Source of the DNA: a virus
Length of the DNA: 64,000 bases
IMG/VR virus record: IMGVR_UViG_3300033141_003544
Span: 1 to 64,000 of that record
Strand: one strand, 5' to 3'
Shown: positions 38,951 to 48,286 of the stretch, in pieces
Layout: each line of letters starts with the position of its first letter
Numbering within the stretch: the first letter of the stretch is position 1
Position numbers and translations under genes: made by a program
Notes under the pieces: generated by a model
Databases searched by the model: none
What the model was told of the DNA's origin: nothing
The model's input: the letters and a program-made list of their open reading frames with translations, nothing else

Positions 38951-39805
38951 TTAATTCCATTTTTCTATTCTTTTAGATATTTCAATGATTTTTTCTGTTA
39001 AACTATTAGTACAACCTGTTTCCTCTAATATTTTATAAACAAGGTCTTGATTTTGTTTTGGTTCACCTATTAAATTAACTATGTTGTCAAGATTTGTACA
39101 TCTTAAATTTATCAAAGATTCCCATAATTCTAATTCTTTGCAGTTATCTATTTTTGACATTATCTTCTTTGATGCTGTACCCAATATAACCTTCTTCGCA
39201 CTAATAGGCCCAATACCGGGAACACCTGGAATATTGTCTGATTTGTCTCCTGTCAATGCAAAAAAATAAGGAAGCTGACTTGGCATAAATCCGTACTCGT
39301 CCATTATCTTTTGAGTATTAAAGACCGTCATTTTGCCTGATTTCTCAACTCCTACATGAACCCAACCGTCTGATCGATCTTCTATCAACTGTCTTAAATC
39401 TTTATCTCCCGAAATTATAAGAATATTAAAATTCTCTTTTTGTTTATTAACAATATGTCCAATTAAATCATCTGCTTCTTGCGTAGCAACTTTTAACTGG
39501 ATAACTCCTATGTTTTCTAATATAGAAGTGATCCAATTCCATTGTTCATTAAAGTTTATCTCTAGTGGGGTTCTTTTTCCTTTATATTCGGGGAACTTTT
39601 TAACTCTCCATAAGTTTTTTCTTTTGTCACCCCAACAGATTACCATCTCATCTACTTCATATTCATCCAACATTTTATTTAGAGAATTAATAAAACCATA
39701 AAAACCACCAGTTCCCTTGCCATTATAAGAAAAATCGATTAAAGCATGAAGACTCCGATAAAAAAGATGGTCCCCATCAATTAGAAATAAAATAGGTTTT
39801 TTCAT
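38951..39805 (-). CDS. 5'-3' exonuclease / flap endonuclease
   Basis: LIDGD, PEYKGKR, EADD, SGDKDLRQL, GDKSDNIPGVPGIGP. Confidence 0.92.
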   Translation of the reverse strand: MKKPILFLIDGDHLFYRSLHALIDFSYNGKGTGGFYGFINSLNKMLDEYEVDEMVICWGDKRKNLWRVKKFPEYKGKRTPLEINFNEQWNWITSILENIGVIQLKVATQEADDLIGHIVNKQKENFNILIISGDKDLRQLIEDRSDGWVHVGVEKSGKMTVFNTQKIMDEYGFMPSQLPYFFALTGDKSDNIPGVPGIGPISAKKVILGTASKKIMSKIDNCKELELWESLINLRCTNLDNIVNLIGEPKQNQDLVYKILEETGCTNSLTEKIIEISKRIEKWN

Positions 39806-40893
39806 TTATTATCCTTCTCTAAACAATCTAATTCAAATATTTCTCCCCCAACCTTTTCAAGTTTTTGACGTGTTTCTAAATTAAACTCTTTTGCACGTGA
39901 AGTAATTTTATTATAAGTGTCGTAAACAGTTCCACCAAAAGGTTGATCACTAATATCAATATTATTAGCTCTAAATGTACCCCTTTTAAGACTCATATCT
40001 CTTGCTCTGATTGTTGATTTTAATAAAACTCTTTGATCTTCATCTATGTTTAAACATGAATCTGCAAGATCTAGATTTTGAGTATATTTATTTATTTTTT
40101 TCCATATATTAAAAGCTTCTCTATCAGTTAACTTTATTTTTGTCATACTGATAAGTCTATTTGAAATCTCTTCCATTCGTAATTCCATAGAGTCTAATTG
40201 ATTAAAAAAAGTATTAACACGATTAATATAATCTTCAACTCCCCTAAATCGAATTTTAATATATCCAAAATCTTGACCCATTATTACACCATTAGAGCAA
40301 ATCATTCTATACAAACCTGTTCTTGCTGTAAGAGGTTTTGAAGTTGTGTCAGTTCCGTTAATTACAAAACCTATTTTGCTCGGATCTCCTTTATCTGCCA
40401 TAATCTCTCCAAACTTTGGGTCAGTTGTGGCTATAGCTATTTTGTCATAGTCGGCGTGGATAAAAACGGGTTCTAAGTCTGTTTCTACAAACCTGTCTAT
40501 TATACTTTCAATAGGTTGACGTACAAATGGAGCTTTATTAATCCCTATAACGTTTCCATCTTTATCATGGACTAAAGTTATCTCTTCACCACTGTTAAAT
40601 GTTTCAAGCCTGTTAATATTAGTTGATAACAAGTCTACCGGGATTTTCCTGGCAAAAGGATCTGGTATACCCAATATACGACAAAAGTTTTTGAAAGCGT
40701 TTTGAGTCATAAGCATGGGTTCTCCATTCCATTGAATAGTGCCTTCTTCAGGTCCTTCAACATTAATTTTAATCTGTTCAATAGGATGAGTAGTTAACTC
40801 AAACTGTCTTTCGGATATAATATGTTCTTTCAACTGACCTAAAGACTCAAAACTTAGTTCAGGGTTATTTAAAAAAGTCCAATCTTTATACAT
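39802..40893 (-). CDS. DUF932-like protein
   Basis: GFVING...GLYRMICSNG; TVYDTYN.IT. Confidence 0.65.
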   Translation of the reverse strand: MYKDWTFLNNPELSFESLGQLKEHIISERQFELTTHPIEQIKINVEGPEEGTIQWNGEPMLMTQNAFKNFCRILGIPDPFARKIPVDLLSTNINRLETFNSGEEITLVHDKDGNVIGINKAPFVRQPIESIIDRFVETDLEPVFIHADYDKIAIATTDPKFGEIMADKGDPSKIGFVINGTDTTSKPLTARTGLYRMICSNGVIMGQDFGYIKIRFRGVEDYINRVNTFFNQLDSMELRMEEISNRLISMTKIKLTDREAFNIWKKINKYTQNLDLADSCLNIDEDQRVLLKSTIRARDMSLKRGTFRANNIDISDQPFGGTVYDTYNKITSRAKEFNLETRQKLEKVGGEIFELDCLEKDNK

Positions 40894-40907
40894 TTCAACT
40901 CTCCTTA

Positions 40908-40956
40908 TATTATTAATATAGAGTAATTATTATTAATATAGAGTAATCATTATTAA
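40908..40956. repeat. 20-bp tandem repeat (about 2.4 copies) duplicating a -10 element
   Basis: TATTATTAATATAGAGTAAT at period 20. Confidence 0.85.
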
Positions 40957-40963
40957 CAATAAA
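40935..40963 (-). promoter_or_regulatory. sigma70-like promoter
   Basis: TTTATT-17 nt-TATATT on minus strand. Confidence 0.5.
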
Positions 40964-40991
40964 CCTATTTATTATTAATTTTTTTGATGTA

Positions 40992-41258
40992 TTATGACCA
41001 TTTTATTTTCTTTATTAAATACCTAAGATCTTCTAATTTTCTTTCTTGTGTTGACCTTTTTAACAATTTTTCCATTTCTTTGTAATTACTGCAACAACTA
41101 ATAATTATTTGGTTTTTTCTCCCGTATATTTCTTTAGCTAATGGATGAAGACATCTTGGACATCCTGATTTTTTACTAAAAGCAAGATAAGGACATGCTA
41201 TATTATATTCAGTATTTGCTGAGATAACAATCCCTTCATGAAATTTTAATTTATACAT
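40992..41258 (-). CDS. small Cys-rich hypothetical protein
   Basis: 88 aa; CPYL, C..C.HP, CC. Confidence 0.55.
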   Translation of the reverse strand: MYKLKFHEGIVISANTEYNIACPYLAFSKKSGCPRCLHPLAKEIYGRKNQIIISCCSNYKEMEKLLKRSTQERKLEDLRYLIKKIKWS

Positions 41259-41304
41259 AATTACTCTCTAAATAGTATTCTTTACTATGATAAACAATAA
41301 AATT

Positions 41305-44300
41305 TCAAGATATAAGCTGTGGTTCATCCTTCCATCTATTACTTACAATACCTTCTACTGGTGTATATAAACCTGGTACTATTTCTTTTTCCATCTCTTC
41401 TTTTATAATTGCCATAAGCTCTTCTAGTTCCTCTTTGACTGCATTATGATAAATTGCATCATGCACCGAAAATAAAAATCTTGACTTAAAGTTTTTTTCT
41501 TTTATTCTTTTGTTAATTCTAATATTAGCTAGTTGTAATAAATCACTTCCCAATCCCTGAACTAATGAGTTAACAGCTTCTCTTTCTGCTTCCTTTATTA
41601 ATTTATTCCCGTCTTTTGTCAAAGGGTCAGCGTAAATATTAGGCAATCTTCTAATTCTACCCAATGGACTTACAACATATCCATTTTTATGAACAAAAGC
41701 TTTAACCATCTTTACCCATTTAGCTACACCTTTATAAGTGTTCCAAAAAGTATTTATACAGTGCTGAACTAATTCTTCATCTACTTTCTCATCTTCTGGG
41801 TCCAGTTTTTCATTTATACTTTTAGTTAATTCAGTAGCGCCTCCCAAATAGGTTGTCCCAAAATTAGTTGAATTATGTATTAATATACCGTTTGCTATAA
41901 AATGATGAAATTCATTATTAACCATTAAATCCCAAACTTCCTCTTCTTCTTTTATTTCTAATTTCTTTATTCTTTCTATTTTTGAACTCAGGTCAAAAAT
42001 ATTATTGACATTCCAGTCTCTAACTGATTGAAATTCTTTATTTATATTCATTATCTTCAGCATCTTATTAATTGAACTTAGAGAAATTATTAATCTCCAT
42101 TTTGTTTCTTTAACTTTTCTTAAATTTGAAAATACCCCCACAGATAATAATAGTTGTTGTAAACCTTTACAAAGGTTCTCTGAGCTAGAGCTGTAAACTA
42201 TACTTATTGTCTTATTACTAGTTTTCCGTTTTGTTGTGTGAATTGAACCATCTCCTTTAAACAGAGATCTAATAAACTTTATTTTATTATTATAACTACT
42301 TCTCATAATTATTTTAGGGATATCTTTTTTATTTGATTTAAGTTTAAAATCTAAAATTTCGGCAATCCATGTAGTAAACTGTTTGCTAAAAATGGAAGCT
42401 TTTTTGTAAACATGAGTAGGATAACTTTTATTTTTTACTCTTCCTATTTTTACTTCACCAAATTTTTCCAATAAAAGAACAATATCATCAAAATCTTTTG
42501 AAGAGTCGTCCACCCTTTGTCCTATAGTAATTCCATAAGGATTGGGTGTTATTTTTATTTGGCCTTCTGAAATAATCCAACCTAATAAACTAGATAGATC
42601 TCCAGTTAAATACTTGGGATAAGTTAATTTTTTATAACCGATGTCTTTTGGTTTTGGTAATTTTATTTTAGTAATAGATGTGTCATACCCTTCAATAGGT
42701 ACAAATAATCTATCTCCAATTTTAAGATCAGAAACTTTTTTTTCAATTATTTTATAATCCCTTTTTCTCGTAAACGGGGTTGTGGGGAGTTTATGATTCT
42801 CAGATAGTTTTAACTCTATACCGTTCTTCAAAACTATATTTATTATTTTTTTCTTTTCTTTTTGTTTTATTAAATAAACTTCAGGATTATCCCATAAGCC
42901 TAAATGATCTCCTGGTTTTATCTCTTCTATAGGTATTAATCCTTTTTCTAAAATAGGGATTAATTGTCCTCTTGGTAAGCATTTTGCAATTTTGCGTTGT
43001 CTCACTGTAACCATTTCAGGTTTAATTCTAAAAACCTCACAAGCCATTTTTATATGAAGGTCTTCGTTATCTTTGTAAGCCTTTAACATAACTGGGTCTT
43101 GAGAATACCAAGCAATGATCCTCAATTCTATCTGAGAATAATCATGTTCTAAAAAATAATTTCCAGAGTCTGCAATATATTGATGTCTTATTTCTTTTTC
43201 TCTGGGAATTGTATGGACAGGTACACCTCCTTCACGAACGGAAGGGGAGGCTAAACGGCCACTTACAGCCCCTGTCAGTTTCATATTGTAATGGATTCTC
43301 CCATCATCGTCTACAAAAGTTAATACAGGATTCAAATAAGTAGATATCATTTTTAATTTGTTTTTATACCTAACCGCATCTGCACATATTGGATATTTTG
43401 TAGCTAATAAATTTAATGTCTCTTTATCAGTTTTATATTGATTTGTTTTGGTTTTCCCTTTATGTGGAATACCCATTTTATCGAACAAAGCCTCACCCAA
43501 TTGTTTCCCAGAACCTATGTTAAATTCATAACCTACTTGTTTATAAATTTCTTGTGCTAACTCTTCTGCATCTTTTTCGTATTGTTTTATAACTTTTTTT
43601 GTTTGTTTTAGGTCTACACTTATGCCTTTTTGTTCTGCTTCTTTATAAATATTGTGCATGGGTAAATACAGGTCAATATATAAGTCCAACAGTTTTGGTT
43701 TTTTGTTTATCTCTTCCCATAGATCTCCAGCTAACCTAAAAGTTACATCTACATCACTACATCCATACTCTTTTAATAATGCTATAGGAGCTTTATAAAG
43801 TTGACCTTCTTCATCCTCTTTTTCAGACAAATGTTGCTTTATCTTATGACTATAGCCCCTTTTATCCTCATACCTTCTATCGGCTTGATTTTTAATTGAG
43901 TGTAGTCTATTTTCATCCAACAGATAATCTAACATGACTACATCCATAGTCAAATTTTCTATTTTACAATCCCAGTGGTATTCCATAAACTTAGAATCAA
44001 ATTTATAATTAGCACCTGCGACTTTTTTATTTGGATCAGATACTATTTCTCGTAAACTTCCTATAATATCTTCTTGATGTTCCCCCCAAAATTTATACAT
44101 AAAAAACTCTCCAATAATATAATCTTTCTTTTTCTTTATTACTCTTTCGATTTTCACATTATATTTCTCTAAATCTCTTTCTTTAAATAAATCTTCATCT
44201 ATATCTTTATTTATAAGCAATGGAATATAAATACCTTGTTTTTCTTCCCATGAAAAACTAATACCTATAATTTGATCTGTTCTATAATTCAAACCAGTAG

Positions 44301-44982
44301 TTTCAATATCTATTGCTAATTTCTCTTTTTTCTTTAAAATTTGAAATATTTCATCAAATTCTTCAATGGTTTTAATCAATCTATAGTCATATACTGTCTC
44401 ATTTGCAGCAATTGGAGTACCATCCATTATTCTTTTGACTTCTTTTAAATCAGATAGCCAAACAGTCTCTTCAGCTGGGTTTCTTAAAATATACGCAGGA
44501 TGGTATGTAGGAAGTATTGGAATTTTATAACCTTCACGAGTATATATATGACCTCTGATATTAGTAATTTTAGTTTTTCCTATTAAAACTTTCGAAGCTA
44601 CGTTTCCCAGAGGTATTATACATTTGAGGGAGTTAAGTGATATTAAATAATTTAAGATAGTATCAAAATTAGATTTGCAAGTTTTAATCTCTGTATTACC
44701 AGGAGTCGTATTACCAGGGAGTCTACAGCAACATACATTAAAAAATACACAATCCTGATCATCATCAATACCGATAGTCCTTAATTCTTTTCTTAGCCGT
44801 TGTCCCGACCTACCTTGAAAAACTTTACCTGTTCTCTCTTCTTCACCACCAGGAGCTTCTCCTATAAAGGCCAGTTTGGGTTTATCAAAATTTCCAGTAG
44901 CATTATAAGGATTATAGTGAGAGGGATCATACAAAGGACAAGATTTGCATTTGTCAAGAGGTAGTATTAGGTGGTTTTTCAC
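41305..44982 (-). CDS. polA: family A DNA polymerase with N-terminal family-4 uracil-DNA glycosylase domain, 3'-5' exonuclease and an intein
   Basis: CKSC, GEAPG, CCCR, TYHPA (UDG4); DIETTG, YGCSD (exo); DYSQIELR, AK|STNFG, VHD (pol motifs A,B,C). Confidence 0.93.
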   Translation of the reverse strand: MKNHLILPLDKCKSCPLYDPSHYNPYNATGNFDKPKLAFIGEAPGGEEERTGKVFQGRSGQRLRKELRTIGIDDDQDCVFFNVCCCRLPGNTTPGNTEIKTCKSNFDTILNYLISLNSLKCIIPLGNVASKVLIGKTKITNIRGHIYTREGYKIPILPTYHPAYILRNPAEETVWLSDLKEVKRIMDGTPIAANETVYDYRLIKTIEEFDEIFQILKKKEKLAIDIETTGLNYRTDQIIGISFSWEEKQGIYIPLLINKDIDEDLFKERDLEKYNVKIERVIKKKKDYIIGEFFMYKFWGEHQEDIIGSLREIVSDPNKKVAGANYKFDSKFMEYHWDCKIENLTMDVVMLDYLLDENRLHSIKNQADRRYEDKRGYSHKIKQHLSEKEDEEGQLYKAPIALLKEYGCSDVDVTFRLAGDLWEEINKKPKLLDLYIDLYLPMHNIYKEAEQKGISVDLKQTKKVIKQYEKDAEELAQEIYKQVGYEFNIGSGKQLGEALFDKMGIPHKGKTKTNQYKTDKETLNLLATKYPICADAVRYKNKLKMISTYLNPVLTFVDDDGRIHYNMKLTGAVSGRLASPSVREGGVPVHTIPREKEIRHQYIADSGNYFLEHDYSQIELRIIAWYSQDPVMLKAYKDNEDLHIKMACEVFRIKPEMVTVRQRKIAKCLPRGQLIPILEKGLIPIEEIKPGDHLGLWDNPEVYLIKQKEKKKIINIVLKNGIELKLSENHKLPTTPFTRKRDYKIIEKKVSDLKIGDRLFVPIEGYDTSITKIKLPKPKDIGYKKLTYPKYLTGDLSSLLGWIISEGQIKITPNPYGITIGQRVDDSSKDFDDIVLLLEKFGEVKIGRVKNKSYPTHVYKKASIFSKQFTTWIAEILDFKLKSNKKDIPKIIMRSSYNNKIKFIRSLFKGDGSIHTTKRKTSNKTISIVYSSSSENLCKGLQQLLLSVGVFSNLRKVKETKWRLIISLSSINKMLKIMNINKEFQSVRDWNVNNIFDLSSKIERIKKLEIKEEEEVWDLMVNNEFHHFIANGILIHNSTNFGTTYLGGATELTKSINEKLDPEDEKVDEELVQHCINTFWNTYKGVAKWVKMVKAFVHKNGYVVSPLGRIRRLPNIYADPLTKDGNKLIKEAEREAVNSLVQGLGSDLLQLANIRINKRIKEKNFKSRFLFSVHDAIYHNAVKEELEELMAIIKEEMEKEIVPGLYTPVEGIVSNRWKDEPQLIS
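41872..42981 (-). mobile_element. intein (370 aa) with LAGLIDADG endonuclease in polymerase motif B
   Basis: Starts CLPRGQLI, LSENH, LLGWIISEG, FIRSLFKGDG, ends FIANGILIHN followed by Ser. Confidence 0.93.
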
Positions 44983-45241
44983 TTTTTAGTTTCTCCGATA
45001 CTATTTTATTTTTTGTTTTTAGTTGAAAATCGGTCTCTACAGATTGAGCAATTAAACTATCTATATATTTTGACAAAGATGTTACTCTCGATTTTAATAA
45101 TCTCTTCAGTATCCTTAGTTTTATTCTATATTCTTTATTACCCACCAATGTGTTTATTTTGAGTTTTTGTAAAGACAACATTGGAAGATAATTTCTTATT
45201 TCTTCAACCCAATCATCAAGTTCTCTATGTAATCTATTCAT
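44954..45241 (-). CDS. hypothetical protein
   Basis: 95 aa between deaminase and polymerase. Confidence 0.5.
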   Translation of the reverse strand: MNRLHRELDDWVEEIRNYLPMLSLQKLKINTLVGNKEYRIKLRILKRLLKSRVTSLSKYIDSLIAQSVETDFQLKTKNKIVSEKLKSEKPPNTTS

Positions 45242-45281
45242 TTTTTGTATATAATCTATTTAATGGGTTTATGCTCTTACA

Positions 45282-45707
45282 TTATACTTTTTCTATTTTA
45301 ATATCTTTTAATGTTTTTACAAATAAATCTCTATCCCTTGATATATAATCTAATTTATAATAAATTTTCTTTACATTGGCTGCTATAAGTATTTTATAAC
45401 AATTGATACAAGGATTATGTGTAACATAACAAATTAATGTTTTATACCTTTTAGGTAAGTTTGCAACTGCTCCCGCTTCACTATGGATAGTCCTAATACA
45501 ATGGTTTGCATTGTGTTCTTCACTAAGTAAACAACCTACATCTTCACAATGTGGACTGCCTGATGGAGCTGAATTATAACCTACTGAAACGACTCGATTA
45601 TCTTCAGTAGTTAAAACACACCCTACTTTTAGTTTCCCACACGTACCACGTTCTTTTACTATTTCAGCCATTTTCATAAAATATTCTATTCTAGTTAAGC
45701 GGCCCAT
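45282..45707 (-). CDS. dCMP deaminase (intact copy)
   Basis: VGCVL, GYN, HSE and PCINC zinc motifs; GGAGG SD before ATG at 45707. Confidence 0.9.
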   Translation of the reverse strand: MGRLTRIEYFMKMAEIVKERGTCGKLKVGCVLTTEDNRVVSVGYNSAPSGSPHCEDVGCLLSEEHNANHCIRTIHSEAGAVANLPKRYKTLICYVTHNPCINCYKILIAANVKKIYYKLDYISRDRDLFVKTLKDIKIEKV

Positions 45708-46500
45708 AGACCCCTCCAAAAATTTTTCTTTTCCTATCCAATGAAATTGTTGAACCCTTATATAAATACACCATAAATTTCTCTACCTCGTTCATTGAAT
45801 TAACCCTATAACTATATAAAGGGTTTTTTCTTCCTTTTATTGAACAATTAACCCATCCAAAACCTACTATTTCTTTAATGAAATTCATAACTGATTCAGT
45901 TCCTGCAATAGATACTATCCCTCTTTTGTATTTATTAAGATGAATACAACCATCACCGTCGAAATACCCTCTTATCCAATGTCTAATCAAATCCATTGAA
46001 ACATTTTTTGGGGGCTCTAATACCAAAGACTTTCTTTCTAAAATACCTTTATTGATTAAATCATAATACATTTTATTTGAGCTTAACAGATATCTGTATC
46101 GATAGAAGACTTTACCGTTTAATTTTCTTGATCTCTTACGAGGTTCAAAATTGGCTTCAATTGCTTTTCCAAATTTCTTCAAATGTTTTAAATCTTTTTC
46201 AGCTAAACTTAAATTTATTCTCTTCCTTTTATATCTTGGAGGTGGTGTATATAAACTCCCATCTGCTGCAATCATTCCCAACCAATAAGCTTTTTCTTCA
46301 TTATCAATTGTTTCAAAATAATTTTCATTAAAGGATTTCCATTTACCTTTAGTAGGTAAATGAGATAAGTTATATTCTTTTATTCTTTTTGCAATAGCTT
46401 GTCGTTTCTTTAACCCAAATACCTTTGCTATTTCTTTTTGAGAATGTTTACCGTCTAATAGTTTTTTAAGTTCTTCTGAATTAACTTCTACTTTCTTCAT
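45691..46500 (-). mobile_element. free-standing LAGLIDADG homing endonuclease with N-terminal HTH
   Basis: AYWLGMIAADGS and WIRGYFDGDG; LDRK near C-terminus. Confidence 0.9.
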
Positions 46501-46865
46501 TCATCTCTTTCCTCTGGAATCAAAGTCATGCTATGGGCTTGATCTTCACCGTTAACTTTTAATCCTTTAATTAATTTTAATTTTACTAATATTTTTTTGA
46601 ATTTAGCTTTTTCAATACAGTGTACAGTTCTTATACAATGACCTTTATACAACAAACAACCTTTATCAAGACAGTGGTCTTGTCCTGGAGGGGCCCCGTT
46701 GTAACCAATTGCCGTTATTCTGTTATTTCTAGTTATCACACACCCTGCTTTTATATGACATGTTGACCTTTCTGCAGCTAAGTCTGCTATTTTTAGATAG
46801 TAAGTGATTCTATTCATTCTAGTTCTGTTGATAGCTGGTTTTGTCCTGTCCACAAGATTCCTCAA
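46497..46865 (-). pseudogene. truncated 5' copy of dCMP deaminase
   Basis: AERSTC, AGCVI, GYNGAP, HCIRTVH then unrelated sequence; no HxE Glu, no PCxxC. Confidence 0.85.
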
Positions 46866-46880
46866 AAATTTTTATATTTT

Positions 46881-46908
46881 AATATAGAAATTTTATATTG
46901 AAATTCAA
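46881..46908 (-). promoter_or_regulatory. sigma70-like promoter
   Basis: TTGAAT-16 nt-TATATT followed by AAAATATAA. Confidence 0.5.
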
Positions 46909-46910
46909 CA

Positions 46911-47912
46911 TTAAGGATTGTCTTTTAATACATCATTCCAGTCTTTGTAAGGGTTTTGTGGAGAATGTATTTCAACTAATATTTTTTTGTCAAGGAATTT
47001 CTTTTTCAATTCTATAGATGCTCTTAAACCAGGATCATCATTGTCGAAAGCTACAACAACAGTTTCAAAATCTCTAAATTTATCAACCCACTCTTTTTTA
47101 AAATGTTGTACTCCTGGAATACCTATTGCGTATTTCCCCATTAACTCCAACGAAATACAATCAATAACAGACTCAGTTATACATATTTCTTTAACATCAG
47201 GGTTGTTCATAATTTCACAATTATAAGGAAAAAGCAATGGACTTCTTATATTTCTATAAGGAGGTACTATATCTTTTTCAAGTGTTCTAGCTTGTATCCA
47301 ATATACTTCATCATCTTTTATAAAAGGAAATAATAATTTGTGTTTTAAAAATACAAAATAACCATTATCATTAAACAAACCTACTTTTTTTAACTCTTCT
47401 AAACTCCAGGTACTCAATAAATAAATTGAAGCTCTATTGTAGTTTTTTATATCTGTAATTCTCTTATTCTTAATTATTTCTAATGGTATACCTCTATTTA
47501 ATAAATACTGTTTTGACTCCTCCGAAATCGGTCCACATTTTTTAATGAAATCTGTTAATATTTTTTGTGGTGGAGTAGGGATATAAGGGGTATTACGGTC
47601 TACATTTTTTGCCATATCAATCGGATTAAATTTCTTTCTTATTGTTCGTCTTCCAACGTTACCATTTTCAAACCATTTTACTGCTTCTTGAAAATTTTTC
47701 TCCAATACTATCATTACGAAGTCTATATTGGAACCGTGTAAACCACAACTAAAACATTTAAAGCAATTTTCGGGCCCATTAATAGAGCAACTGGGATTGA
47801 AATCCAAATGATTTGGATTAATACAATGAATAAATCCATTTTCGTTTACTGGAATAGCTAAGGTGTCACAGATATCATATAAACTAATTTTTTTAATTTC
47901 TTTTAAGTCCAT
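46911..47912 (-). CDS. dnaG: DNA primase (CHC2 zinc finger + TOPRIM)
   Basis: CINPNH...NPS...CFSC; ITESVID; AFDND. Confidence 0.9.
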   Translation of the reverse strand: MDLKEIKKISLYDICDTLAIPVNENGFIHCINPNHLDFNPSCSINGPENCFKCFSCGLHGSNIDFVMIVLEKNFQEAVKWFENGNVGRRTIRKKFNPIDMAKNVDRNTPYIPTPPQKILTDFIKKCGPISEESKQYLLNRGIPLEIIKNKRITDIKNYNRASIYLLSTWSLEELKKVGLFNDNGYFVFLKHKLLFPFIKDDEVYWIQARTLEKDIVPPYRNIRSPLLFPYNCEIMNNPDVKEICITESVIDCISLELMGKYAIGIPGVQHFKKEWVDKFRDFETVVVAFDNDDPGLRASIELKKKFLDKKILVEIHSPQNPYKDWNDVLKDNP

Positions 47913-48286
47913 TTTTGTGCTTTCTGTAACAGTTAAAATTTGATAAATTTAACCGGTACTTTTATCATATATTCCGTATTTCCAATCCATATAGGAACAA
48001 CTTGAACTTGTTCATTTCGTTTTAAAGGTTTTCCAGTTATTGGACTTTCATTTTTTATAGAACGTTCTACTATTAATTTTTCAATTTTGTTCATTTTTCC
48101 TCCTTTGATTTTTCAAATTCGCCTAAGGCATCATTGATTTCTTTTTCATATTCTTTTCTAATTAAAATATCCAACCTGTCTTTATGAATCTTTGTAGGTC
48201 GGTGTCTAATCCTACGTTTAGGTAATATACGGTTCAATTTGATTATCTCCTTTTTCATTTCTAACTTTTACTCTTTTTTGAACTTT

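Noticed and set aside
45691-46620. Intact group I intron or intein in dCMP deaminase
   Set aside because: No R/S elements or C-terminal HN found by eye, and the downstream gene is complete rather than a 3' exon; at most a relic.
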